Below are positions 48,934-57,842 of a stretch of DNA of 64,000 nt, in pieces. This DNA comes from an uncultured Spirochaetota bacterium (GTDB taxonomy: Bacteria > Spirochaetota > Spirochaetia > SZUA-6 > Fen-1364). The stretch lies in NCBI GenBank assembly GCA_963820525.1, contig CAWGAA010000003.1, positions 416,001 through 480,000 of the forward strand, in the 5' to 3' direction. The position numbers were made by a program, and so were the translations under genes. The stretch's first letter is position 1. The number at the start of each line of letters is the position of its first letter. The notes under the pieces are model-generated. The model did not search any database. It was not told the origin of the DNA and saw only the letters and a program-made list of their open reading frames with translations.

Positions 48934-49091
48934 GGCGTCACTCTTGCCGGGATCAAGGGAGAAGAGCGGCTCCCTCTATTTTAGCGCAAGAAACACGGCG
49001 ACGAAAAAGCTCTTGAAGACGCAGTCGACGTTCGCGAAACCCGCCTCTTTCAGCCAGCGAAGCTGGTCTGAAAGGGACGCGTCCCGGTCAT
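48934..49091. repeat. Right copy of the ~158-bp direct repeat
   Basis: Matches 36214-36371; here the methyltransferase is intact and the permease end (GVTLAGIKG) is the remnant, with TAG changed to GAA. Confidence 0.9.
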
Positions 49092-49653
49092 AGCGCGATC
49101 GCCGATCTATGCTCTCCTGTATCCGCTCTTCAGGAAACCCGGCTTTGCGCACCTGGCTGAGCCAATGGCTCCAATACAATTCCTTCACGGCAGGCGTCTC
49201 GCCTCTGACCTGATCCACATTGATGAACGCGCCTGCATCCTTGAGCAAGCCGTGGATCCTCTTGAACAGCTCGCGCTTTTCCGGGTCTTCCAGGTGATGA
49301 ATCGACAGGCTCGATATTACGAGGTCGAATTCTCTCGACACGTGGATCTTTTTATAATCTCCCACAGTGTACTGGAACTGCGCGGAGTGCCCACGGAACC
49401 TGTCGCGAGCCACTCCGAGCATCTTGTCGGCCACGTCATAGAGCAGGAAGCTCGCCTTGGGATATTTCTTCAGTATGTGATCCGAGAACAGGCCGGTTCC
49501 CGCCCCCAGATCCAGAACTTCGATGGGCGCTGACGGGTCGAAGGGAATCAAATCCTGGGCGGTCCTGAAGATCTCGTCATAGCTCGGCACGGCCTTTCTC
49601 ATCCACTCGTCGTAGTACTCGATGGTTGCATTGAAGGCCTCATCGATGGTCAT
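48976..49653 (-). CDS. Class I SAM-dependent methyltransferase
   Basis: VLDLGAGTG, FDLVISSLSIHHL. Confidence 0.9.
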   Translation of the reverse strand: MTIDEAFNATIEYYDEWMRKAVPSYDEIFRTAQDLIPFDPSAPIEVLDLGAGTGLFSDHILKKYPKASFLLYDVADKMLGVARDRFRGHSAQFQYTVGDYKKIHVSREFDLVISSLSIHHLEDPEKRELFKRIHGLLKDAGAFINVDQVRGETPAVKELYWSHWLSQVRKAGFPEERIQESIDRRSRYDRDASLSDQLRWLKEAGFANVDCVFKSFFVAVFLALK

Positions 49654-49885
49654 GGCTCATCTCCTTGCCCGAGCGGCGCCTGGTCATTGCTGGAGGCTCC
49701 ATTTCGCGCCTCTAGAGGCCAGGGTAGCCGAACTTGAGCCTTTTCGGCAAATGGCGAGCGAGGCGAGTCAGCCCTTCCCGGCCGCGAACGTCACCTCCCG
49801 AAGCCGCGATGAGCGACTGTACTGATTCTTGAAGTTTCTTGATTACCCACATTTGCATTATTAAATTGGTCCAGGAGGAAAAGTT

Positions 49886-50272
49886 ATGAGTTACTATTTT
49901 AGCAAAGTTATAGAAATGCCTTTTGATAAAGCCTTAGAACAGGTTATTAAGGCCTTAAAAGAGGAAGGCTTCGGCATTCTCACCGAAATAGATGTACAAG
50001 AAACATTAAAGAAGAAATTAAATGTTGACTTTCGACGGTATAAAATCCTCGGCGCCTGCAATCCACCCTTTGCTTACCGTGCTTTGCAGGCGGAAGATAA
50101 AGTGGGAACCATGCTCCCATGCAATGTCATCGTTCAGGAGACTTCGGATACCCGAGTTGAGGCAGCAGCAATAGATCCTATTGCTTCCATGCAGGCTATC
50201 CGGAATGAGAAACTTGCCGGCATAGCCAGCGAAATACAGCATAAATTAAGAAGAGTTATCGAAAGCCTGTAA
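49886..50272 (+). CDS. DUF302-domain protein
   Basis: GFGILTEID, YKILGACNP, MLPCNV; visibly AT-richer than its neighbours. Confidence 0.85.
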   Translation: MSYYFSKVIEMPFDKALEQVIKALKEEGFGILTEIDVQETLKKKLNVDFRRYKILGACNPPFAYRALQAEDKVGTMLPCNVIVQETSDTRVEAAAIDPIASMQAIRNEKLAGIASEIQHKLRRVIESL

Positions 50273-50309
50273 GAGGCTGCTAGCTTTTATCCTGGGCGAT
50301 CGCTGCAGC

Positions 50310-50636
50310 TCACTTCTTCTTCATCGTGCAGCAGTCCAGCCGTTCATGGCCGAAGGCCTTCTCGTTGTTCTCCGCCATCCGTATGAGAAAGCGTTTGAAG
50401 GGGTTACGTTCGCCTTCGATGGGAACTTTGTAGCCGATGCCTTCGACGATTCCTCGGATTTGATCGAGGCTTATAATATAGGGATTGTATTCGATACGCA
50501 TCCGACCTATAGCGACCTGGATGCTGTCGATGCCGGGCTCGTTCGCGAGTGCAGCCTTGATCCTTTCTGCACATGCCATGCAGCTCATCCCTTGAACGGC
50601 AAGCTCCGCAGATTGAACGAGTGTCATGTCATCCAT
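50310..50636 (-). CDS. CopZ-like HMA protein with C-terminal LDCC motif
   Basis: VQGMSCMAC; C-terminal ...NEKAFGHERLDCC. Confidence 0.8.
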   Translation of the reverse strand: MDDMTLVQSAELAVQGMSCMACAERIKAALANEPGIDSIQVAIGRMRIEYNPYIISLDQIRGIVEGIGYKVPIEGERNPFKRFLIRMAENNEKAFGHERLDCCTMKKK

Positions 50637-50687
50637 GTGTCCACCTCCTGTGCGGGTGCTTCCCGCACGGAACTCATCGGTGCAGGC

Positions 50688-50978
50688 TCAATTCCGCTCG
50701 GGGGGAGCGGGGAGAAGAAGCTTCGACGCATTGACGGTCGTGTTTGATACGGGCTTTTGCACACCGCATCCTTCGTGGCCATGTCCGCCGTCTTCCTGCC
50801 CACGACTATGCCCTTTACCCATGAAGGCCATCATGAGAACGTGGGAGAGAGGGCAAAGCAGGACAAGGAACACCGAAAACGCGCCGAGACGTACCCCCAG
50901 GCGCGGCAATATAAAAAGGGCGGCCAGCATGACTGCGCAACCCGCCATCATAAGCCATGTCATTTTCCCCATCTTCAT
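50688..50978 (-). CDS. Small membrane protein, DUF2933-like
   Basis: Two TM helices, LLCPLSHVLMM, GH-rich tail. Confidence 0.7.
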   Translation of the reverse strand: MKMGKMTWLMMAGCAVMLAALFILPRLGVRLGAFSVFLVLLCPLSHVLMMAFMGKGHSRGQEDGGHGHEGCGVQKPVSNTTVNASKLLLPAPPERN

Positions 50979-51011
50979 AGGTCATTACCTCCAAACTGAC
51001 AAAATCTGCCC

Positions 51012-51026
51012 CACCCCGGTGGGGTG
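51012..51026. promoter_or_regulatory. Candidate CsoR operator
   Basis: CACCCC-GGT-GGGGTG inverted repeat upstream of the DUF2933/HMA genes. Confidence 0.55.
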
Positions 51027-51126
51027 TAAACACCACCCCAGCAATTCAGAAACTTCAAGCGCCTCGGCCTACCTCATCCAAGTACCCTCCGCTCTCATCT
51101 CCCCCATCACGAGATGTGGGGCGCTT

Positions 51127-52182
51127 TCATGCCGTCAAGGCAAAACGCCGCCTTAAGCTCTTCAGGAAACGAACGCATTCCTCTCGCCGGTGGGAGCATC
51201 CGGCCGGTGCATGCATGGATGCGCTCCCGTTGCGCCCTCTTAACGTCCTGGACGGGCAATAGAGGTTGTCCGCGCGAATGAAATCGAGTGCCGTAAACGG
51301 CAGGAGGGCCAGAGTGTCCATTGGGCATCGACCCTCGATCGCTTCACGGATACTCGTGGAAGAGGCACGGAACGGGAGCCGGCTCACCCAGTGGACATCC
51401 AAAAAAGTCATTACATCCTCTTTCGGTTCGCCGCGCTCGAGAAAAACCACCGACAGCTTTTGCATACGGATGTCCAATCCATCCGCGCGTTCTAAGATCC
51501 CTCGTTCCAACCGCTCGATCGTGTCCGGGCTCCCGGTACGGGGCTGAAGGCGGTGGAAATGATCTCCTCCGGCGATGTAATACGCATCAATCGGTTGCCG
51601 GGGATTCAGGGCAAGCAGCTCGAAAAACCACTCTTCTCCAGGCCGGCTGTCGCCGCAGGCGATCGGCGAGTAGGCGAAAAGGGGGTGGAATATCTTCAAG
51701 ACCTCCACAGCCATCCGGTGGCGAACGCCTTCCGGCGCGAGAAATTGCTTACGGGGATCGGTTCCCGCGATCACATAGATAATCTTGTCCAGGTGGAAGC
51801 GGGCCATGACTTCGAGACCGCTCAGGAGGTGCATCCAGTGCAGAGGGTTGGCAGCCGTAGGGAACACGCCGATGCGCAACCGCCGGACAAAAGGGCCGAC
51901 GTGGGGCGCGCCAGGCGAGAGCCTGAGTGGGTTCCAGGGCATTGCTCCTCCCCTGCGGATGACAGCTGCAATGCGCCCCAGGGCGGAAAGGGTGCCCCTC
52001 TCCAGGGAAGCGAATGCTCCAGTGTCGGCAAAGTCTCCCATGACCTGTCGCATGAGGTGAAGCTCCTCGATGACACTGCGGGCGACGCGGGCGGTGATTG
52101 GCTCGCCGGCTCCTTCGAGAGGCAACCCGAACGCATCCCTTGTCTCGGTATGTCTAATTTGCACTGCTTGCGCGATTGGCAT
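51127..52182 (-). CDS. NadD-like HIGH-family nucleotidyltransferase with N-terminal extension
   Basis: IGVFPTAANPLHWMHL (HxGH variant), YIAGGD, SSTSIRE, FIRADNLY; start uncertain. Confidence 0.7.
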   Translation of the reverse strand: MPIAQAVQIRHTETRDAFGLPLEGAGEPITARVARSVIEELHLMRQVMGDFADTGAFASLERGTLSALGRIAAVIRRGGAMPWNPLRLSPGAPHVGPFVRRLRIGVFPTAANPLHWMHLLSGLEVMARFHLDKIIYVIAGTDPRKQFLAPEGVRHRMAVEVLKIFHPLFAYSPIACGDSRPGEEWFFELLALNPRQPIDAYYIAGGDHFHRLQPRTGSPDTIERLERGILERADGLDIRMQKLSVVFLERGEPKEDVMTFLDVHWVSRLPFRASSTSIREAIEGRCPMDTLALLPFTALDFIRADNLYCPSRTLRGRNGSASMHAPAGCSHRREECVRFLKSLRRRFALTA

Positions 52183-52290
52183 TGGCTTTTTCTCCTTCCC
52201 CGCTTCTTCTTGAGCGTTGCACCCAGTCACCATGGTAACCGCAAGGTGCTTGAGAAAGGGAGCGTCATTCGGCGGGAAAGGAATAGGCAA

Positions 52291-53970
52291 TTATGCGGGT
52301 CTTCCCAAAGGAATTCGAAGCGTAACACGCGTACCGAGCCCGGGAGCCGCCTTTACCTCCAGTTGGCCTCCGATCAGCAGAGCTCTTTCCCACATTCCGA
52401 TCAGCCCATAGTGGCCCTCAACGCCCAGATCGGAATATTGCTCGGGGAGGACGAATCCGATCCCGTCATCACGCACACTTACGGACACATCCCCGTTCAC
52501 ACCACCAACGTCCACCCACGCGTGGGCCGCCCGTGCGTGGCGCCCGACATTGGAGAGCGCTTCCTGCACGATCCGGTAAACGGCCAATTCATCCCCCGGC
52601 GGAAACCGAAAGGGCGTTGCTTCGACGCTGAAGGACACGGGAATGCCCAGGTTCCTCTCAGCGTCGTGGGCCAGGGCTTCCAGGGCTGGGACAAGGCCAA
52701 GTTCTTCGAGGTAGATAGGACGAAGAGAGCGAGACAGGCGGCGAAGGTCTTCAATGGCTTTCCGGACCGCGCGGCGGAGCTCTTCAAGAAGAGGAGCCTC
52801 GCGGCGATCCCGCTCCCCCATGTTGCACGCGAGGATCTGGATCCGCTGGTCCAGGGCGATCAGGTCCTGGATCGTCTCGTCGTGCAGCTCGCGGGCGAGG
52901 TGCCGCCGTTCTTCTTCTTGAGCGTGGGTCACCTTTGCAGCGTACCCCCTGAGGGCTTGTTGGGCCGAGCGTACGCGTCGATACATGCTGGTGACGCTGC
53001 CTTCCAGCTCGCTTATCTCCGCCACCCCACCTACCGGCTTTTGAGGGGCGTCGAAATCTCCCGCGGCCATGCGTTCAGCCTGCGCCTGGAGAGCGCGCAG
53101 CGGAATCACGATGCGCCGCGCGCCGAACCAGAGAGCGAGCAAGGCGATCCCGAGGGTGGGGGCCATTGCCAATGGCGCGGCCAGAGAAATGCGCAGAAGC
53201 GGGCTTGCCACTCTTTCCCATGGCTCCTCGATCACAAGGGCCCAGGAAAGTGGACGCACCGGACCGTACGCTACCACATGCTCCCCCGTGGGGGTCTGGA
53301 GGAAGGTGGAACCGACTGAGCCTCGAAGCGCCTCGGCCACGCCCACGTGACTGGGCAGATCTTCGGTTGAAGGAGTAGCGCCTACTTCCGCAAGAAGCTG
53401 TGAGTGCTCATCCACGATGAAAGCGCTCTCTTCGCCGCCCATGCGTGCCAGGCCAGGGAGGGACATATGGATCAGGTCAGGGACGGAGAGCGCCGCGGTG
53501 ATGAAGGCGGAGCCCGAGCGAAGCGCCCAAAGGACGAAAGAAATGCCGTCTGAAGAAACCAGGGAGATCTTATAGGCGCCAAGGGGGGCTTTGACAATGA
53601 TAGCCGCCTCTGAAGAAACGCCTGTCGGTAAGGCACCGGCAACGAGACGCCCTTCCTTGTCGAGCAGCGCGAGCGAACCCGGGCTGTCGGAGGTCCCTTC
53701 GCCAAAGCCGCCGAGCGCATGCTCAGGAGTCACGCCTTCTTCGAGCTTCAGGGATACGCCCCGCAGAACCGCCTCCATCCGGAGAAACCTTTCAGAGATT
53801 CCCGCGGATGCGGCTTGCACGGCGCGCTCATCCCGCTCCGCCACCAGCTGGCGCATTGCCTGGCCGTGGAAGCGAACGGAAGCGAAAGAAAGCAATGTGA
53901 CGAGCACTCCAAAGGGAAGGATCAGAAGACCCAGAAGTTGAAAATGCAGCCCCCGAAAACGCAGCCTCAT
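52291..53970 (-). CDS. Sensor histidine kinase (HisKA_3, HAMP, extracytoplasmic sensor)
   Basis: ERRHLARELHD, QEALSNVGRH, DDGIGF, GLIGM; ATGA overlap with the regulator gene. Confidence 0.9.
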   Translation of the reverse strand: MRLRFRGLHFQLLGLLILPFGVLVTLLSFASVRFHGQAMRQLVAERDERAVQAASAGISERFLRMEAVLRGVSLKLEEGVTPEHALGGFGEGTSDSPGSLALLDKEGRLVAGALPTGVSSEAAIIVKAPLGAYKISLVSSDGISFVLWALRSGSAFITAALSVPDLIHMSLPGLARMGGEESAFIVDEHSQLLAEVGATPSTEDLPSHVGVAEALRGSVGSTFLQTPTGEHVVAYGPVRPLSWALVIEEPWERVASPLLRISLAAPLAMAPTLGIALLALWFGARRIVIPLRALQAQAERMAAGDFDAPQKPVGGVAEISELEGSVTSMYRRVRSAQQALRGYAAKVTHAQEEERRHLARELHDETIQDLIALDQRIQILACNMGERDRREAPLLEELRRAVRKAIEDLRRLSRSLRPIYLEELGLVPALEALAHDAERNLGIPVSFSVEATPFRFPPGDELAVYRIVQEALSNVGRHARAAHAWVDVGGVNGDVSVSVRDDGIGFVLPEQYSDLGVEGHYGLIGMWERALLIGGQLEVKAAPGLGTRVTLRIPLGRPA

Positions 53971-54665
53971 TTCTGCTCCATCCGTCCGATCTCGGGCGAG
54001 ATCCAGCCCAGAGAGACGGCGCGCATAACCGCCTCCGTACGACTCGCGGCCAGCAGTTTGTCGCAAATCCTTGCGAGATGGCCCTGAACGGTCCGGTCGC
54101 TGATTCCAAGCATAAAACCGATGCTCTTGTTCGTGTGACCCCTCGCCACCAGGCCGAGCACTTCCAACTCCCGCTCCGTGAGCTTTTCGACAGGAAGGCC
54201 GCCTGCCTCGCCTGAGATATCGGCCATTACCTTGCGGGCGATTGCGGGATCGAGAACGGACCTGCCTTGACTCACTTCGCGCACCGTGCGAACGATTTCA
54301 GCCGCATCGGCGTTCTTCAGAAGAAACCCGCTTGCCCCGGCCTTGAGAGCAGCCCGCACGTAGGGTTCATCGTCATAGGCGGTAAGGACGAGCACTCCCG
54401 TGGAGGGGCAGTTCTCGCGTACCCACGCGGCGATCTCGATTCCGCTTGCTCCGGGCATGCGGATATCGAGAATCGCCACATCGGGCCGCAGGTCTCTGAT
54501 GGCTGCCATTGCGGTCGGTCCATCGCCCGCTTCAGCAAGGATCGTGATCCCTGCCGATTCGAGGAAGCCGCGGATTCCCGCCCTCACCGCCGCATGGTCA
54601 TCCGCGAGTACGACACTGATGGGTTCAGGCGCCGAGCGAGCCGTCACGGACACATCGTCTTTCAA
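53967..54665 (-). CDS. NarL/LuxR-family response regulator
   Basis: LADDH, ILDIRMP, LTERELEVL HTH. Confidence 0.92.
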   Translation of the reverse strand: MKDDVSVTARSAPEPISVVLADDHAAVRAGIRGFLESAGITILAEAGDGPTAMAAIRDLRPDVAILDIRMPGASGIEIAAWVRENCPSTGVLVLTAYDDEPYVRAALKAGASGFLLKNADAAEIVRTVREVSQGRSVLDPAIARKVMADISGEAGGLPVEKLTERELEVLGLVARGHTNKSIGFMLGISDRTVQGHLARICDKLLAASRTEAVMRAVSLGWISPEIGRMEQK

Positions 54666-54726
54666 TCTCTTCAGCCTCCACGGCAGGCGCGCATACGCTG
54701 CTTTCTCCCGTGTACATGTTCTTTGG

Positions 54727-54748
54727 ATACCCTACCATGGTGGGGTAT
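54727..54748. promoter_or_regulatory. Candidate CsoR operator between the response regulator and copA
   Basis: ATACCCTACCA|TGGTGGGGTAT palindrome, one mismatch. Confidence 0.7.
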
Positions 54749-54908
54749 TCGAGACAAGAGGCCGCACCCGCATATCGAGGTTCAGCCGGCAGGCTTATTT
54801 GCCTACAGGCCCCGGCAAGGAAAATCGAGTAAATTCAAGAGGTCGTCGACACGAGCCCCACGAAGAGCGCCTCGCCCTGGCAGAGCGCCATATTGAATGG
54901 AGGTCACA

Positions 54909-57449
54909 ATGGTTGTTGATGTCGAGAAAATGTTGCGCTTCACCTTTTCAGCCACCACGGGCGTCCGCTCGGAGGCACCTGTCGCGCGTCTAGATATCCC
55001 GATCTCCGAACCGGCGGGAGACAAAGCCGGTAGAAACCTCGAAACTGCCGTTCGCGCCGCAAGGGGCGTCCAGAGGGTTTTTTTCAACCCCACCATGAAA
55101 AAACTTTCCGTCTGGTATCTAACCCGGGAAACGGGCGCAGTCGAAGTCTACCATGCCGTAAAGGAGGCCGGCTACGATACAGGCACCCAAAGCCTGCGCC
55201 TTCATATAAGGGGCATCTACTGCTCGGGATGCATCAGAATCATCGAGGATGCTTTGAAAAGCGTCCCCGGAGTGGAGGCGGCAACCCTCAATCCGGCTAC
55301 ATCGGAAGCCACGATCCAGTACCGGCCGCAGTCAACGGACCTCGCCCGATTGGAGAAAGCCGTTGAATCCCTGGGCATGTACACCGCGACACCGGCCCCC
55401 GGCGACAGCCCGGAGGAAGCGCGAAAAGAAAAGGACGACTCGGATAAGGAATACAGGACCCTCATGCGCAAATGGTGGTTCGCGGCATGCATAGGCTTGG
55501 TGACGATGATCTTCTCCTACCCCCAGCTTTTCCCCGGCCTGCGCGATCTTCTGCCAAAAGGAAGCCTTCAACTGCGTTACTTGTGGATGGGCATGGGGGC
55601 GGGATCGCTTGCTGTGATGATTTTCAGCGGCAGCCAGTTCTTTACGGGGATGTGGCAGTCTCTAAAGCATAGAACCGCCAACATGCACACGCTGATAGCC
55701 ATCGGAACCGGAGTAGCATGGATCTATTCGACGATTGCCGTCTTCTTTCCCCGGATCTTTCCGTCGCCTGAAATGGCGGACGTATACTACGACGTTACCG
55801 TGGTCGTGACCGGGCTCGTTGTCCTGGGGCTCGCCCTGGAAGTGAAGGCCAAGGGCAGGACGAGCGAGGCGATACGCAAGCTCATCGGGCTTCAGCCGAA
55901 AACGGCCCGGGTGATCAGGGACGGGAAAGAATCCGACATTGCCGTGGAGGAGGTGCTGGTGGGCGACACGGTGGTCATGCGGCCCGGCGAAAAGGTACCT
56001 GTGGATGGGCTCGTCGAAAGCGGCAGCTCGTCCGTGGACGAGTCGATGATCACCGGGGAAAGCATCCCCGTGGAAAAGCGGGAAGGCGACGAGGTGATCG
56101 GAGCCACCATCAACAAGACGGGATCCTTTCGGTTTCGCGCCACCAAGGTCGGCAAGGACACGGTTCTCTCCAACATCATCCGGATGGTCAAAGACGCCCA
56201 AGCCACCAAAGTCCCCATCCAGAGGATCGTGGACGTGGTGGCGAGCTATTTCACCCCCGCGGTCATCATCCTTGCCATAGCGGGTTTCGTCATCTGGTAC
56301 GACTTCGGTCCGCCGCCCGCGCTGAGCTATGCCATTATCATCGCCGTCACCACCCTCATCATTGCCTGCCCCTGCGCCCTGGGCATGGCAACTCCCATGT
56401 CGCTCACGACCGGTATCGGTCTAGGGGCGGTTACCGGCATCCTCATCCGCGGAGGAGAGTCTCTCCAAACGGCCAAGGCTCTGGATGCCGTTATCCTGGA
56501 CAAGACCGGCACCATCACCCACGGAAAGCCGGCGCTTACGGACATCCGCGCAATCGGGATGGAAGAAAATGAACTGCTCGCCCTGGCTGCTTCCGTGGAA
56601 AAAGGCTCCGAGCATCCCCTGGCATCCGCTGTCGTCGAAGCGGCCGAGGCGAGGGGCATATCCACGCCCTCCGTCTCGAGCTTCAACGCACTCCCCGGCA
56701 GGGGCGTGGAGGCGATGGCGGGCGGTCGGGCGATTCTTCTGGGCAATGCGAAACTGATGCGGGAGAAGGGCGTGGAGGCGGATTCTCTGGAGGAGGAGGC
56801 GCGGAGACTCGCCGGCGAAGGAAAAACCCCTCTTCACGTTGCGGTGGACGGCAGGAGCGCGGGCATTCTCGCTGTTGCCGACACGGTGAAGGAAGATTCC
56901 GCGCGGGCGATTCGGGCGCTTTCCCGCATGGGGATAGAGGTGGTGATGATCACTGGAGACAACGAGAGAACCGCGCTCGCCGTTGCAAAGCAGGTGGGCA
57001 TTACGAGGGTGCTCGCGGAAGTGCTTCCCCAGGACAAGGCGCACAACGTGCAGAAGCTCCAGCAGGAGGGCAAGAAGGTGGGCATGGTGGGGGATGGGAT
57101 CAACGACGCTCCCGCTCTTGCCCAGGCGGACGTCGGATTCGCTATCGGAACGGGAACCGACGTGGCGATCGAAGCGAGCGATATCACCCTCATCAAGGGA
57201 AGCCTCCAGGGGGTCGCTACGGCGATCCAGATCAGCGCGGCGACGATGCGGAACGTCTTCCAGAACCTCATTGGCGCGTTCCTCTACAACACCCTCGGGA
57301 TCCCTATTGCCATGGGGCTCCTCTATCCATTCTTCGGGATTCTGCTCTCGCCGCTCCTGGCTGCGGCGGCCATGTCTTTCAGCTCAGTCACGGTAATCGG
57401 CAACGCCAACCGGCTGAAACTGTGGAAACCGAGAGGAGGGCGCGCATGA
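54909..57449 (+). CDS. copA: Copper-translocating P1B-type ATPase
   Basis: CSGC HMA, TGES, CPCALG, DKTGT, EHP, GDGIND, YN and MSFSS Cu(I) transmembrane ligands. Confidence 0.93.
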   Translation: MVVDVEKMLRFTFSATTGVRSEAPVARLDIPISEPAGDKAGRNLETAVRAARGVQRVFFNPTMKKLSVWYLTRETGAVEVYHAVKEAGYDTGTQSLRLHIRGIYCSGCIRIIEDALKSVPGVEAATLNPATSEATIQYRPQSTDLARLEKAVESLGMYTATPAPGDSPEEARKEKDDSDKEYRTLMRKWWFAACIGLVTMIFSYPQLFPGLRDLLPKGSLQLRYLWMGMGAGSLAVMIFSGSQFFTGMWQSLKHRTANMHTLIAIGTGVAWIYSTIAVFFPRIFPSPEMADVYYDVTVVVTGLVVLGLALEVKAKGRTSEAIRKLIGLQPKTARVIRDGKESDIAVEEVLVGDTVVMRPGEKVPVDGLVESGSSSVDESMITGESIPVEKREGDEVIGATINKTGSFRFRATKVGKDTVLSNIIRMVKDAQATKVPIQRIVDVVASYFTPAVIILAIAGFVIWYDFGPPPALSYAIIIAVTTLIIACPCALGMATPMSLTTGIGLGAVTGILIRGGESLQTAKALDAVILDKTGTITHGKPALTDIRAIGMEENELLALAASVEKGSEHPLASAVVEAAEARGISTPSVSSFNALPGRGVEAMAGGRAILLGNAKLMREKGVEADSLEEEARRLAGEGKTPLHVAVDGRSAGILAVADTVKEDSARAIRALSRMGIEVVMITGDNERTALAVAKQVGITRVLAEVLPQDKAHNVQKLQQEGKKVGMVGDGINDAPALAQADVGFAIGTGTDVAIEASDITLIKGSLQGVATAIQISAATMRNVFQNLIGAFLYNTLGIPIAMGLLYPFFGILLSPLLAAAAMSFSSVTVIGNANRLKLWKPRGGRA

Positions 57450-57823
57450 GCATCGACAGAATAATCGTGACCCTTGCGGGCTTCGGCGTCGCGGCATTCG
57501 TCGTCTGGTTCTTCTGGCTCGTGAAAAAGCGCGGGGTCAAGTCCTCGCTCACCTCCTCCGGGTACCAGGAGGCGATGGTCGTGGTGAAGGGCGGCTACAC
57601 TCCGGATGTGATCGTGGTGGAGCACGGAAGGCCGGTGCGGCTTTCCTTCCGGCGCGATGAGACCGCTTCCTGCTCGGAAATGGTCATCTTCCCCGACTTC
57701 AATAAGTCCGCCGAGCTTCCCCAGGGCAAAGTCGTGCCCGTCGAGCTCCTGCCCGACAAGCCGGGCGAATACGAGTTCCACTGTCAGATGGGGATGTTCC
57801 GCGGAAAACTTATTGTCGAATGA
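57446..57823 (+). CDS. Membrane-anchored cupredoxin (CupA-like)
   Basis: ATGA coupling to copA; N-terminal [18 protein letters not shown]. Confidence 0.85.
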   Translation: MSIDRIIVTLAGFGVAAFVVWFFWLVKKRGVKSSLTSSGYQEAMVVVKGGYTPDVIVVEHGRPVRLSFRRDETASCSEMVIFPDFNKSAELPQGKVVPVELLPDKPGEYEFHCQMGMFRGKLIVE

Positions 57824-57842
57824 TCCAGAGAGGAGTCTCCGA

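Noticed and set aside
36214..49091. Imperfect repeat pair as a DGR template/variable repeat or a phage att pair
   Set aside because: Mismatches are not adenine-specific, and no reverse transcriptase, integrase or phage genes are present in the window.
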